64,000 nt of DNA, taken from Planctomycetota bacterium (GTDB taxonomy: Bacteria; Planctomycetota; Brocadiia; JAADGH01). Below the pieces are notes generated by a model. It made no database searches and had not been told where the DNA came from. It saw only the letters and a program-made list of their open reading frames with translations. The position numbers and the translations under genes were made by a program. The stretch covers positions 64,001-128,000 of the forward strand of contig JBFMAD010000002.1 of the NCBI GenBank assembly GCA_040755855.1, given 5' to 3'. Positions 39,330-47,443 of the stretch are shown one piece after another. Numbering within the stretch: the first letter of the stretch is position 1; each line of letters opens with the position of its first letter.

Positions 39330-40934
39330 CTACTCCGGATTCGGCGCGACCTTCAGCAGCTCAGTGTAGTCCGTCCCTGCTTGTATGATGTCCACCGCCC
39401 GGCGTCCGTCGGGCAGGGGGACCTTGAGCAGGAAGAACTTGTACCACTCCTCCTCGTTCCCGCTGGTCTTCAGGTCCTTCCCCAGCAGTTCGTTATACCG
39501 TTTGCTGTCGGCCGCGCGGGTCTCCTGGTGGCGGTAGGGCCGCTTCCGGGCGAAGTCCACCGCCTCCTTGCCGTGCATGGTCCGCATGTCTTGAATAAGT
39601 TTCCAGCCGCCCCAGGTTTCCTGAAGCGCGGCGACGACGCGCTCGACCGGCCACCGGCCGTGGATCGGCGCCCACGCGAGGTCGAGGAAATAATCAACGA
39701 GGTAGATCGTGTCCTGCCGGCTTGCTCCCGCCAGGAGGAACGCCTTCCGCTCTTTGGCGAAGGGATTCTCCTGCTCCGAGATAAGCCCGCGTCTTTCTTC
39801 GTCCGGCTTCTTGCCGCCGAACCGTTCGAGTAGGTCTCCATCCTCCGGGCGGGCCAGCGCAATGAGATTGCTCCCGGCAAGCTGCGCCTCCGGCTCGGCC
39901 GGATCGTATCGGACGACCAGCGACTCAGGATCCGTCTTCGGTTCCTCCCCGCCGGCGAACGCGGCGCGGCGTTTATCCGCCCGGGCCAGTTCCATCGCCA
40001 GGACCAGGGCCGCGCGCTCGACGCACCAGGGGGCGTCCTTGCCGATGACCACCACCGCCTTCGGATCGGCCAGCTCTACCAGCCGGTCCTTCGGCGGCAG
40101 CGTCTTCGCCCACTCTTCGGGCGTGTCGGTCCCCGCCGCTGTCACGAGGTAACTGAAGTAGCCAGCGTCCACCGCCGCACCGTTGATCAGCTCCTCGATG
40201 CACACCGCCCGCATCTTCCGCGGATCGGCGAAGCGGAGCGGCGGGTTCTTGATGCTGTCCTCGTCGAGCATGTCGAGGGCGATGAACGCCGCGTGCCATC
40301 GGCCGTAGAGAAACGCATCGTTGAACGTCCAGTTGTCGAATGTGCGTAGCATCTCCGGATTCACGAAGCCCCGGCTGCTCGGCAATTCATCAAAGTAGGC
40401 GTTTGTGCTCCCCTTATACTTGTCCCAGATCTCGCGGCAGTAGTCCGGCGGAGGCAGCTTCAAGACCGTGTCTGTGGCATATCCCTTGAGATGCTCGTAG
40501 TAGACCTCCTCCTTGGCGAAGGGCACTTTCACGCCCTGATGCTTGGCCGCCAGAAAGGGCTGAAACCCCTTGCCGCCGTACCACGCCTGGCCCGAATGGG
40601 CGATGCACGTCCGGTCGGTCAGGTAGTGCGTCGCCGCCGAGGCGAAGAACATCGCCTTCGGCACGTCGCCCGCGCGGAGGGCGTCAATTGCCTCAAAGGT
40701 CATCAACCGCCTCATATACCCGTCGCGCCCGTGGCCGACGGCGTGGTCCTGGATCGCGTCGGCGTAATCGGCAAAGAGGCACAGATCGGGGTTGGACTTG
40801 AACGGCTCCGGCGCGAGCGTTGCGCCGAGGCGCGACGAGTCGTTGTGCCCGACGCCCCAGCCAAAGAGTCGCCCACTGCTCTGCAACAGCACTACGGATA
40901 AGAGTAGCGTGTACCACGTTCTACGCGCCATCAT
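39330..40934 (-). CDS. Secreted protein with Zn-dependent phospholipase C / S1-P1 nuclease-like N-terminal domain
   Basis: Signal peptide ending just before WGVGH; HYLTDRTCIAH (HxxxDxxxxxH) motif; remainder unrecognised. Confidence 0.5.
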   Translation of the reverse strand: MMARRTWYTLLLSVVLLQSSGRLFGWGVGHNDSSRLGATLAPEPFKSNPDLCLFADYADAIQDHAVGHGRDGYMRRLMTFEAIDALRAGDVPKAMFFASAATHYLTDRTCIAHSGQAWYGGKGFQPFLAAKHQGVKVPFAKEEVYYEHLKGYATDTVLKLPPPDYCREIWDKYKGSTNAYFDELPSSRGFVNPEMLRTFDNWTFNDAFLYGRWHAAFIALDMLDEDSIKNPPLRFADPRKMRAVCIEELINGAAVDAGYFSYLVTAAGTDTPEEWAKTLPPKDRLVELADPKAVVVIGKDAPWCVERAALVLAMELARADKRRAAFAGGEEPKTDPESLVVRYDPAEPEAQLAGSNLIALARPEDGDLLERFGGKKPDEERRGLISEQENPFAKERKAFLLAGASRQDTIYLVDYFLDLAWAPIHGRWPVERVVAALQETWGGWKLIQDMRTMHGKEAVDFARKRPYRHQETRAADSKRYNELLGKDLKTSGNEEEWYKFFLLKVPLPDGRRAVDIIQAGTDYTELLKVAPNPE

Positions 40935-40945
40935 ACAATCTCTTA

Positions 40946-42385
40946 TCACACCGTCTTATGCGGGTAGTCAATAGCCCACGCGCCCTCGCCCTCCTTCGCG
41001 TCGCCCCACATGGCCATGAACTCCGCCGTCGCCTTGTGATCGCGCAGGTGGCTGAGGAACAGCTTGTGCATCTCCGCCACAACGTCCTCGTGCTTGTCGG
41101 CGACGTTCTTCGCCGCCAGGGGATCCTTCTTCATGTCGTAGAGTTCTCGCCGCCCATACGCCCCCACCGGCGCGTAGCCCCATTTCTTCGTCACGAGGAA
41201 CGGCGTCACGGCCTTGCGCGGGCGCTGGCCCTCCTTGCTCCGCACGCAGCAGCCGCTCACGACGTAGTCGCGGTGCTTCGCCTTGCCGTTGAGGACGGCC
41301 TTGGCGAACGACTTGCCGTCGAAGGGCTTGGGCGGTTCGACCTTCGCCCCGGCCAGCTCGGCCATCGTCGGCAAGAGGTCCATGGGCGAGACGAACATAT
41401 CCAGGCTCTGTCCCTTCGGCACGTCGCCGCCTGCGACGAGGCACGGCGTGCGGCCGATCTCGGGGTAGATGGGCCAGTAGCGCGGGTCGTTGTCGTGGAT
41501 GTTCGACTTGCCCGTGCGCTTGTGCTCGCCGATGGACATGCCGTGGTCGGACGTGACGAGGACGATCGAGTCGTTCCACAGTTCGAGGTCGTCAATTTTC
41601 TCCAGCACGCGCCCGATCCACTTGTCCACCAGTTCCGACTCGGCGGCGTAGTGGGCCCACAGGTTCTTCAGCTCCGCGTCGCTGAAGGCAGAGACGTGAC
41701 CGTAGTTCGGATGGAGCATCGGGGTGCCGGTGTAGTCCGGGTCGTAGCGCTTGACTAAGTATTCGGGGGCGTCCCACGGCTCATGGGGGTCGAAGAAGTC
41801 CACCCACAGGAAGAACGGGCCGGACTTGTAGTTCTCCTCGAGCCAGCGCATCGTCAACATGCCCGTCTTGGCGGGGAACATGTCGAACTCCGACGTGCAG
41901 TAGCGGTTGACCCATCGGTGGACGTCCACGAGGGTATGGTTTCGGAATCGCGGGAGGGTGCGGGTCTTGTCGTCGGGCACGACGTTGACGATCTCGTCGT
42001 TCAGGTGGAGGAGGGGACGGTCGGCCTCCTGGCCGCGGTTCTGGAAGGCGGAGTCGAATCGTTCGTGGAAGCGGGCGCGGAAGAGGTGAGGGCAGTCGCA
42101 GAGGAGCTGGGTGGCGTAGCCCGCCTTGCCGAGCATGGCGGCGATGTGGTTCGGGCCGCTCAGGTCAATGGGCTGCCAGCCGTAGTGGGGCCAGCCGCAG
42201 ACGCCGGTGGCTACGTCGGTGCGATGGGGGATGGTGGGGAAGCTGCCGACGTAGCTGCCGTGGATTTCGGTCGCGCGCTCGGCGATGAATTTGTCGAGGT
42301 ACGGCGACCGCACGGGTCGCTCGGCCCGCTCGCCCAGGTTGTCATAGCGGTATGTGTCCGTGATGAGCAGGATGATATTCTTCAT
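40946..42385 (-). CDS. Sulfatase-like hydrolase with Thr at the nucleophile position
   Basis: DTYRYD, PTIPHR, FDPHEPWD, TSDHG..GEH, ELYD...DP. Confidence 0.85.
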   Translation of the reverse strand: MKNIILLITDTYRYDNLGERAERPVRSPYLDKFIAERATEIHGSYVGSFPTIPHRTDVATGVCGWPHYGWQPIDLSGPNHIAAMLGKAGYATQLLCDCPHLFRARFHERFDSAFQNRGQEADRPLLHLNDEIVNVVPDDKTRTLPRFRNHTLVDVHRWVNRYCTSEFDMFPAKTGMLTMRWLEENYKSGPFFLWVDFFDPHEPWDAPEYLVKRYDPDYTGTPMLHPNYGHVSAFSDAELKNLWAHYAAESELVDKWIGRVLEKIDDLELWNDSIVLVTSDHGMSIGEHKRTGKSNIHDNDPRYWPIYPEIGRTPCLVAGGDVPKGQSLDMFVSPMDLLPTMAELAGAKVEPPKPFDGKSFAKAVLNGKAKHRDYVVSGCCVRSKEGQRPRKAVTPFLVTKKWGYAPVGAYGRRELYDMKKDPLAAKNVADKHEDVVAEMHKLFLSHLRDHKATAEFMAMWGDAKEGEGAWAIDYPHKTV

Positions 42386-42507
42386 GCGCAAATTCTCCTA
42401 TGTGAAAACCAAATGCCAATACCCAGATGCCGACTGCATCGCCGTCTAACGGAAAGTTGGTCTCTTTCTATCAGGAATCGGCTTGCGGCACAAGGATTTT
42501 TGGGTCT

Positions 42508-42542
42508 CAACCTCCCGGAGGTTCCGAACCTCCGGGAGGTTG
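42508..42542. repeat. Perfect nested palindrome (REP-like)
   Basis: caacctcccggaggttc-c-gaacctccgggaggttg; each arm is itself a hairpin (aacctcc-n-ggaggtt). Confidence 0.75.
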
Positions 42543-42595
42543 GGCATTAGGTGAGTGCAGTGGCGGGGAGAGGAAGGTAGGAAGAACGGCAACTG

Positions 42596-42619
42596 GTAGC
42601 GGAAGTCGCCAGACTTCCG
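42596..42619. repeat. GTAG-type REP, same family as 23034-23057
   Basis: gtagcggaagtcgccagacttccg, 23/24 identical to 23034-23057. Confidence 0.7.
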
Positions 42620-42692
42620 ATGATTCTGGGCCTTCCTCGATTCTATGCGTATTCCGTCCGAACGGGATTCTACGTGATGCAGCAAATTGAGT

Positions 42693-42986
42693 TCATCCGC
42701 TACTCCCGATGAGGCGGGAAAACAAAGGATACCATATGGGAGACAGAAGTAAAAGCCAGCCGACGAAGCGCGCTACGGCGCCAAGGGCCGGCGAGGCCGC
42801 GTCTGCCCCGCGCACCTGACCTTGAAGGGTCCGGAGCTCTGCCAAGTCGTCGGAAAGCCAGATAATCCCCACAGGGAAAATGATGAAGAGAATCGAGGAT
42901 AGGGCGCCGCCGAGACCGTCGCATACAGCGCCAATCAGCACCCACGCCATCGCGACCACCAGAGACAGGACTCTGTGCCAGAACAT
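42693..42986 (-). CDS. Small hypothetical membrane protein (~3 TM)
   Basis: ATG with upstream GGAGG, three hydrophobic segments. Confidence 0.55.
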   Translation of the reverse strand: MFWHRVLSLVVAMAWVLIGAVCDGLGGALSSILFIIFPVGIIWLSDDLAELRTLQGQVRGADAASPALGAVARFVGWLLLLSPIWYPLFSRLIGSSG

Positions 42987-43205
42987 GCTAACCGTTACCT
43001 CCCAATTGATTCTGCATATCCCGGAACATAGTCATCCGCCCGCTCCCCGCATCGTGGATGAGGAGGGTGAGGCAGGTGAGAATGAAGATTGCAGTAATGA
43101 TCCGTCGCATGAACGCCCCCGAAAGGAGTTGGGTCCAAGATTCCCTATGCGAAGTTTACCCCACGGATCGGCGGATGTCAACCTCGGGTGCTCTGCGGGG
43201 GAGGG

Positions 43206-43322
43206 AAAGTCGAAAGGTCGCAGAGTCCAAGGGTCGAAGGGCAAGAGTTCTCCTGCTCTTCGACTCTTCGACTCTTAGACTTTTCGATCCTGTGACTCTT
43301 TGACTCTTTGCCCCTTCGACCC
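43206..43322. repeat. Head-to-head inverted arrays of degenerate 8-bp tandem repeats
   Basis: About 5 units of ARRGTCGA (43206-43247) facing 8 units of CTCTTCGA-like (43256-43319). Confidence 0.8.
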
Positions 43323-43401
43323 GGCGACCAAAGATCGGCCGCTACGGGAACAGGCTATCCCGTAGTTGCGCCACTTTTTTGAAGTATTTTTCAAATTTCC
43401 C

Positions 43402-43429
43402 TTGACTTCCGGCCAAATCAGGCTATACT
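43402..43429 (+). promoter_or_regulatory. Putative sigma70-type promoter for the ROK operon
   Basis: TTGACT-16 bp-TATACT preceded by an AT-rich tract. Confidence 0.5.
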
Positions 43430-43506
43430 TATGTGCAGAATGAGATAAAGATGGCTCTCGTGGAACGGAGAAAGTTGGCTTAGGGCCTGTCCGAGAACCA
43501 AGTACT

Positions 43507-43563
43507 TGTAGCCGCACTCTTTATGGGTGCGGACCTCCCGCAGGCATAAAGCCTGCGGCTACA
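43507..43563. repeat. GTAG-type REP doublet in the ROK 5' leader
   Basis: tgtagccgca...tgcggctaca outer inverted repeat with internal hairpins ccgcac..gtgcgg and ccgcaggc-ataaa-gcctgcgg. Confidence 0.65.
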
Positions 43564-43571
43564 GGTTCCCG

Positions 43572-44888
43572 ATGCTCCCATATGAGTCAACTTGCGCCAA
43601 TCCCATGAACCCCCCACCTCCCTTTACCGAGCTGAATCCCCTGCAAATCTCACTACTCCGGGCGCTGAGACACGCCGCGCCCCTGCCGCCCGACACCCTG
43701 GCCTCGCTCCTCGGCATCACCCGCCCCACGTGCGCCCGGCTGATCCAGGGCATGGCGCGAAAGAAGTGGATACGGAAGGCCGGGCTCGGCGATTCCACCG
43801 GCGGGCGCAGGCCCGTTCTCTGGGACATCGCCCCCGACGCGGCCCATGTCGGCGGCCTCGCCATCGAGGTCGGTCGGATGACCGCGGCCGCGGCGGATAT
43901 GAGCGGCCAGGTCGCCGCGCGGAACGAATGTGACTTCGACGTGGATGCCGGACTCGACGCCTTCGTGTCCACCGCCGCGCGCCTCATCGAGGAGACCATC
44001 AGCGCGGCGCAGATCGCTCCGGAACAACTCATCGGCGTCGGCGTCACTGCGCCGGGGGTGGTGGATCGCCGGGCCGGGTCGCTCGTCTTCTGCGCGCACT
44101 ATCGGGATGTCGAGTGGTGGCGGGACGTCCCGCTCTTGGCCCGGCTGCGCGAGCGGATCGCCGCGCCGTTCATCCTCGACTACCACTCCAATGCCTGTCT
44201 CCTCGGCGGGCACTGGTTCGGCGCGCAGCGCGGGGCGGCGAACATGATCTATATCCCGGTCGAGACGCAGGGCCTCGGCGTGGGCATCCTGATCAATGGC
44301 GAGGTCTATCGCGGGGCAGGCGGTAGCGCGGGCGAGTTCGGCCACATGACCATCGAGCAGAACGGTCGCCTCTGCCGGTGCGGCGGCCGGGGGTGCTTGG
44401 AGGCGTATGTCTCCGGCGCGGAGATCGTGCGCAAGGCCCAAGCGATCCGGAAGGCGGGCGGGCAGTCCTCCATCTTCCACGGACTGGCGGCGGGTGATGA
44501 GCCGACGGTCCGCGCCGTGGCGGAGGCGGCGCAATCGGGCGACCGGATCGGGCGGGGGATCGTCGAGGAGACGGGGCAGGCGCTCGGCGTCGGCATTGCG
44601 AACTTAGTGAACCTGCTCAATCCATCGCTTGTCGTCATCGGGGGCGACGTGGCGCGGGCGGGGGATGTCCTGCTCGATGCGGTGCGGTCCGTCGTCCGCC
44701 GTCGTGCGCTGGAGAAGTCAGCGGGCGAGGTCCGATTCCTTTGCGCGGACAGTTCGCCCGATGACATGTTGCGAGGGACGATTGCGATGGTCTTGCAAGA
44801 GACGTTCGGATCCCCTTGTCACACTCAACATCTGCTCGAACAGATGAAGCCAAAGCAATGTTCAACGGTTCAAGAGAGCGCGAGGTGA
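43572..44888 (+). CDS. ROK family transcriptional regulator (NagC/XylR-like)
   Basis: N-terminal wHTH with STGGRRP, GEFGHM, CRCGGRGCLE zinc motif, NLLNPSLVVIGG; start 43572 or 43605. Confidence 0.9.
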   Translation: MLPYESTCANPMNPPPPFTELNPLQISLLRALRHAAPLPPDTLASLLGITRPTCARLIQGMARKKWIRKAGLGDSTGGRRPVLWDIAPDAAHVGGLAIEVGRMTAAAADMSGQVAARNECDFDVDAGLDAFVSTAARLIEETISAAQIAPEQLIGVGVTAPGVVDRRAGSLVFCAHYRDVEWWRDVPLLARLRERIAAPFILDYHSNACLLGGHWFGAQRGAANMIYIPVETQGLGVGILINGEVYRGAGGSAGEFGHMTIEQNGRLCRCGGRGCLEAYVSGAEIVRKAQAIRKAGGQSSIFHGLAAGDEPTVRAVAEAAQSGDRIGRGIVEETGQALGVGIANLVNLLNPSLVVIGGDVARAGDVLLDAVRSVVRRRALEKSAGEVRFLCADSSPDDMLRGTIAMVLQETFGSPCHTQHLLEQMKPKQCSTVQESAR

Positions 44889-44892
44889 TGCG

Positions 44893-45954
44893 ATGGGAAG
44901 GAAAGGGTTGAGAGCGCCGGTCCGGTGCGCCGTGGTCGGGTATGGGGCGGCGCACATCTTCGGCCGGGCGCACGGACGATGGATTGACGCTACGCCCGGT
45001 CTGAAATGGGCGGCCGTCTGCGACAGGGACCCGGAGCGCCTCAAGGCCGCCAAGGATGAATTTCCACAACTCGATACGTACGAGACGGTTACGGACATGC
45101 TCTCCAAGGGCAACATTGACATGGTTTCGATTGTCACGCCGCACTTCACGCACGCGCCGATCTCGATCGAGTGCATGAACGCGGGGAAGCATGTCGTGTG
45201 CGACAAGGCGATGTGCCTGAGCGTGGCTGAGGCGGACGCGATGATTGACGCGGCGAAGAAGAACGACGTGATGCTCGCTATCTTCCATGCGCGCCGGCAC
45301 GACGGCAACTTCCGCGCGATCAAGGAGGCGGTGCACAGCGGGCAGATCGGCGACGTCTTCCACATCGAGCTGACGGCCGGCGGCTACGGCAGGCCGCGCG
45401 ACTGGTGGTACAGCAAGAAGGCCCTCGGCGGCGGGGCGTTCTACTACTGGGGACCACACGCGGTGGACTGGGTGCTCGATCTCGTCCGGCAGAAGATACG
45501 GGGCGTCACCGGATTCTATCACAAGTTGGTCTGGGACCATGTGGACCAAGAGGACCAGGTGCGTGCGCTCATCCTTTTCGAGAATGGGTGCGTCGCGGAC
45601 GTGAGTCACTCGCACATCGCCGCCATCGGCAAGCCGCTCTGGCGGATTCTGGGCACGAAGGGGGCGATCCTCGATACCGGCAGCGGCGGCGCCAAGGACT
45701 ACCAGAACGAGATTGTCGGGCCGTCGGGCGGGAGTTTCCAGATGGTGCAGATCACGGACGACGGGCGGAAGAGCGTTGAGGTCCGATACAAGGAATCGGA
45801 CTGGCTGACATATTACAAGGAGATTGCCGACCACCTGTTGCGCGGCGGGCCGATCCCTGTGACAGGGGAGGACGGTCGGCGGACGATCGCGGTGTTTGAG
45901 GCGGCGGAGAAGTCGTCGAAGAGTGGAAAAACGGAACCGGTCGCGTATGAGTAA
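44893..45954 (+). CDS. Gfo/Idh/MocA family oxidoreductase
   Basis: AVVGYG, VTPHFTH, GKHVVCDKAM, GGGAFYYWGPHAVD. Confidence 0.88.
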   Translation: MGRKGLRAPVRCAVVGYGAAHIFGRAHGRWIDATPGLKWAAVCDRDPERLKAAKDEFPQLDTYETVTDMLSKGNIDMVSIVTPHFTHAPISIECMNAGKHVVCDKAMCLSVAEADAMIDAAKKNDVMLAIFHARRHDGNFRAIKEAVHSGQIGDVFHIELTAGGYGRPRDWWYSKKALGGGAFYYWGPHAVDWVLDLVRQKIRGVTGFYHKLVWDHVDQEDQVRALILFENGCVADVSHSHIAAIGKPLWRILGTKGAILDTGSGGAKDYQNEIVGPSGGSFQMVQITDDGRKSVEVRYKESDWLTYYKEIADHLLRGGPIPVTGEDGRRTIAVFEAAEKSSKSGKTEPVAYE

Positions 45955-45971
45955 TTTTGGATTTTGGATTG
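45954..45971. repeat. Heptamer tandem tract (ATTTTGG)n, left flank of four-helix-bundle gene
   Basis: attttgg attttgg attg; exact reverse complement of 46326-46343. Confidence 0.8.
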
Positions 45972-45980
45972 GAGGAAAAG

Positions 45981-46386
45981 ATGGACGAACAAGAACTCAA
46001 ACGACGAACGAAACAGTTCGCGCTTCCGGGTGATGAAGCTCGTGGCAGCCCTCGGCAAAGGACGAATGGAAGACACCATCGGACGCCAACTTGTTCGAGC
46101 GGGCACATCGGTCGGGGCAAATTACCGGTCGGCCTGTCGAGCGCGCTCCGTTGCCGAATTTCTATCGAGAATCGGTATTGCGGAAGAGGAAGCCGATGAG
46201 TCGGCCTACTGGTTGGAATTGATCATCGAAGGGAGACTGATGTCCGAAAAGCGTGTGCGGCCTTTGCTTCAAGAGGCAGATGAACTGACAGCCATCTTCG
46301 CTGCCTCGATCAAGACCGCCAGGCGCAATCCAAAATCCAAAATCCAAAATCCAAAATCAGAAACAAAGGAGAGAACCCATGCCTGA
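45981..46386 (+). pseudogene. Four-helix-bundle protein (TIGR02436 / 23S-IVS-protein-like) with a +1 frameshift at ~46026
   Basis: GGAGG RBS then MDEQELKRRTKQFAL in one frame; RVMKLV...GRQLVRAGTSVGANYRSACRARS.AEF....I..EEADES.YWLEL continues in the +1 frame; one extra C in CTT-C-CGG. Confidence 0.8.
46327..46358. repeat. Heptamer tandem tract (AATCCAA)4+, right flank, inverted orientation
   Basis: aatccaa x4 + aatc; read through as NPKSKIQNPKS in the four-helix ORF. Confidence 0.85.
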
Positions 46387-47398
46387 TCGAGACAAACTGA
46401 TTGAGATGTTGCGGTTGATGCGCAAGATTCGCCATTTCGAGGAACGACTGACGGGACTTTACAATTACGAAAGTTTTTTAGACAAGGACGACATCGCGGG
46501 GGACATGTACGACTTCGCGAGCAAGGGGATCATCGCCGGTGCGGTGCACCTCTCCATCGGCCAGGAGGCAACGCACGTGGGGGTGTGTTCGGCGCTGAAC
46601 AAGGACGACTTCGTGACGAGCACCCACCGCGGACACGGCCACTGCATCGCGAAGGGCGCGGAGCTGAAGCCGATGATGGCGGAGCTGATGGGCCGGAAGA
46701 GCGGCTACAGCAAGGGGTGCGGCGGGTCAATGCACATCTTCTGCAAGGAGCTGGGGCTCCTGGGCGGCAACGGGATCATCGGGGCGCAGATTCCCCTGGC
46801 CACGGGCGCGGCGTTCTCGGCCAAGTATCGCGGGACGAAGCAGGTGGCCGTGGCCTTCTTCGGCGACGGCGCGAGCAACCAGGGCACGTTCCACGAGTCG
46901 CTGAACATCGCATCGCTGTGGGCCTTGCCCGTGATTTACCTCTGTGAAAATAACCTCTACGCGGCCTCAACGCCCGCGGAGATCGCCCTGGCGATCCCCA
47001 ACGCCGCGGACAAGGCCCCGGGCTACGGCATACCCGGCAAGATCGTTGACGGGCAGGATGTGCTGGCCGTGTATGAGGTCGCATCCGAGGCGGTGGCGCG
47101 GGCGCGGGCGGGCGAAGGGCCGACGCTGATCGAGAGCAAGACCTATCGCTTCACCAGCCATGCCGGGGCGGGCCGGGGCGCGCACAACAACCCCAAGGAG
47201 CTGGAGGAATGGATGAAGCGCGACCCCATAACCCTTTTCGAAAAGAATCTCCGCGACGACGGAATAATGACGGCCGAGGAGCAGGAGGCGATGAAGCAGG
47301 AAATCCTCGCCGAGGCGGAGGAAGCGGTGGCGTTCGCGAAGGACAGCGCGTTTCCGACGTTCGATGAGATGCCGGTGATGGCGAATACCGAACTGTGA
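46379..47398 (+). CDS. TPP-dependent dehydrogenase E1 alpha subunit (AcoA/PdhA-like)
   Basis: HLSIGQEA, STHRGHGH, GGSMH, FFGDGASNQG...ENN TPP motif, KTYR. Confidence 0.9.
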   Translation: MPDRDKLIEMLRLMRKIRHFEERLTGLYNYESFLDKDDIAGDMYDFASKGIIAGAVHLSIGQEATHVGVCSALNKDDFVTSTHRGHGHCIAKGAELKPMMAELMGRKSGYSKGCGGSMHIFCKELGLLGGNGIIGAQIPLATGAAFSAKYRGTKQVAVAFFGDGASNQGTFHESLNIASLWALPVIYLCENNLYAASTPAEIALAIPNAADKAPGYGIPGKIVDGQDVLAVYEVASEAVARARAGEGPTLIESKTYRFTSHAGAGRGAHNNPKELEEWMKRDPITLFEKNLRDDGIMTAEEQEAMKQEILAEAEEAVAFAKDSAFPTFDEMPVMANTEL

Positions 47399-47430
47399 AT
47401 TTTCGATTTGCGATTGCCGATTTTCGATTG
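47399..47430. repeat. Heptamer tandem tract between E1 alpha and E1 beta
   Basis: attttcg atttgcg attgccg attttcg attg directly after the TGA stop. Confidence 0.75.
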
Positions 47431-47443
47431 GAAGGAGACGAAG

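Noticed and set aside
42444..42992. Integron cassette (RYYYAAC/GTTRRRY-like boxes at 42444 and 42539, GTTAGC before the 97-aa ORF)
   Set aside because: The inner L boxes do not pair convincingly, one box is simply part of the REP-like palindrome, and there is no second attC or integrase.
43206..43322. CRISPR array
   Set aside because: Units are contiguous 8-mers (7-mers elsewhere) with no unique spacers and no cas genes.
45981..46386. 23S rRNA intervening sequence
   Set aside because: The family name suggests it, but the flanks are protein-coding genes and no rRNA sequence is present.
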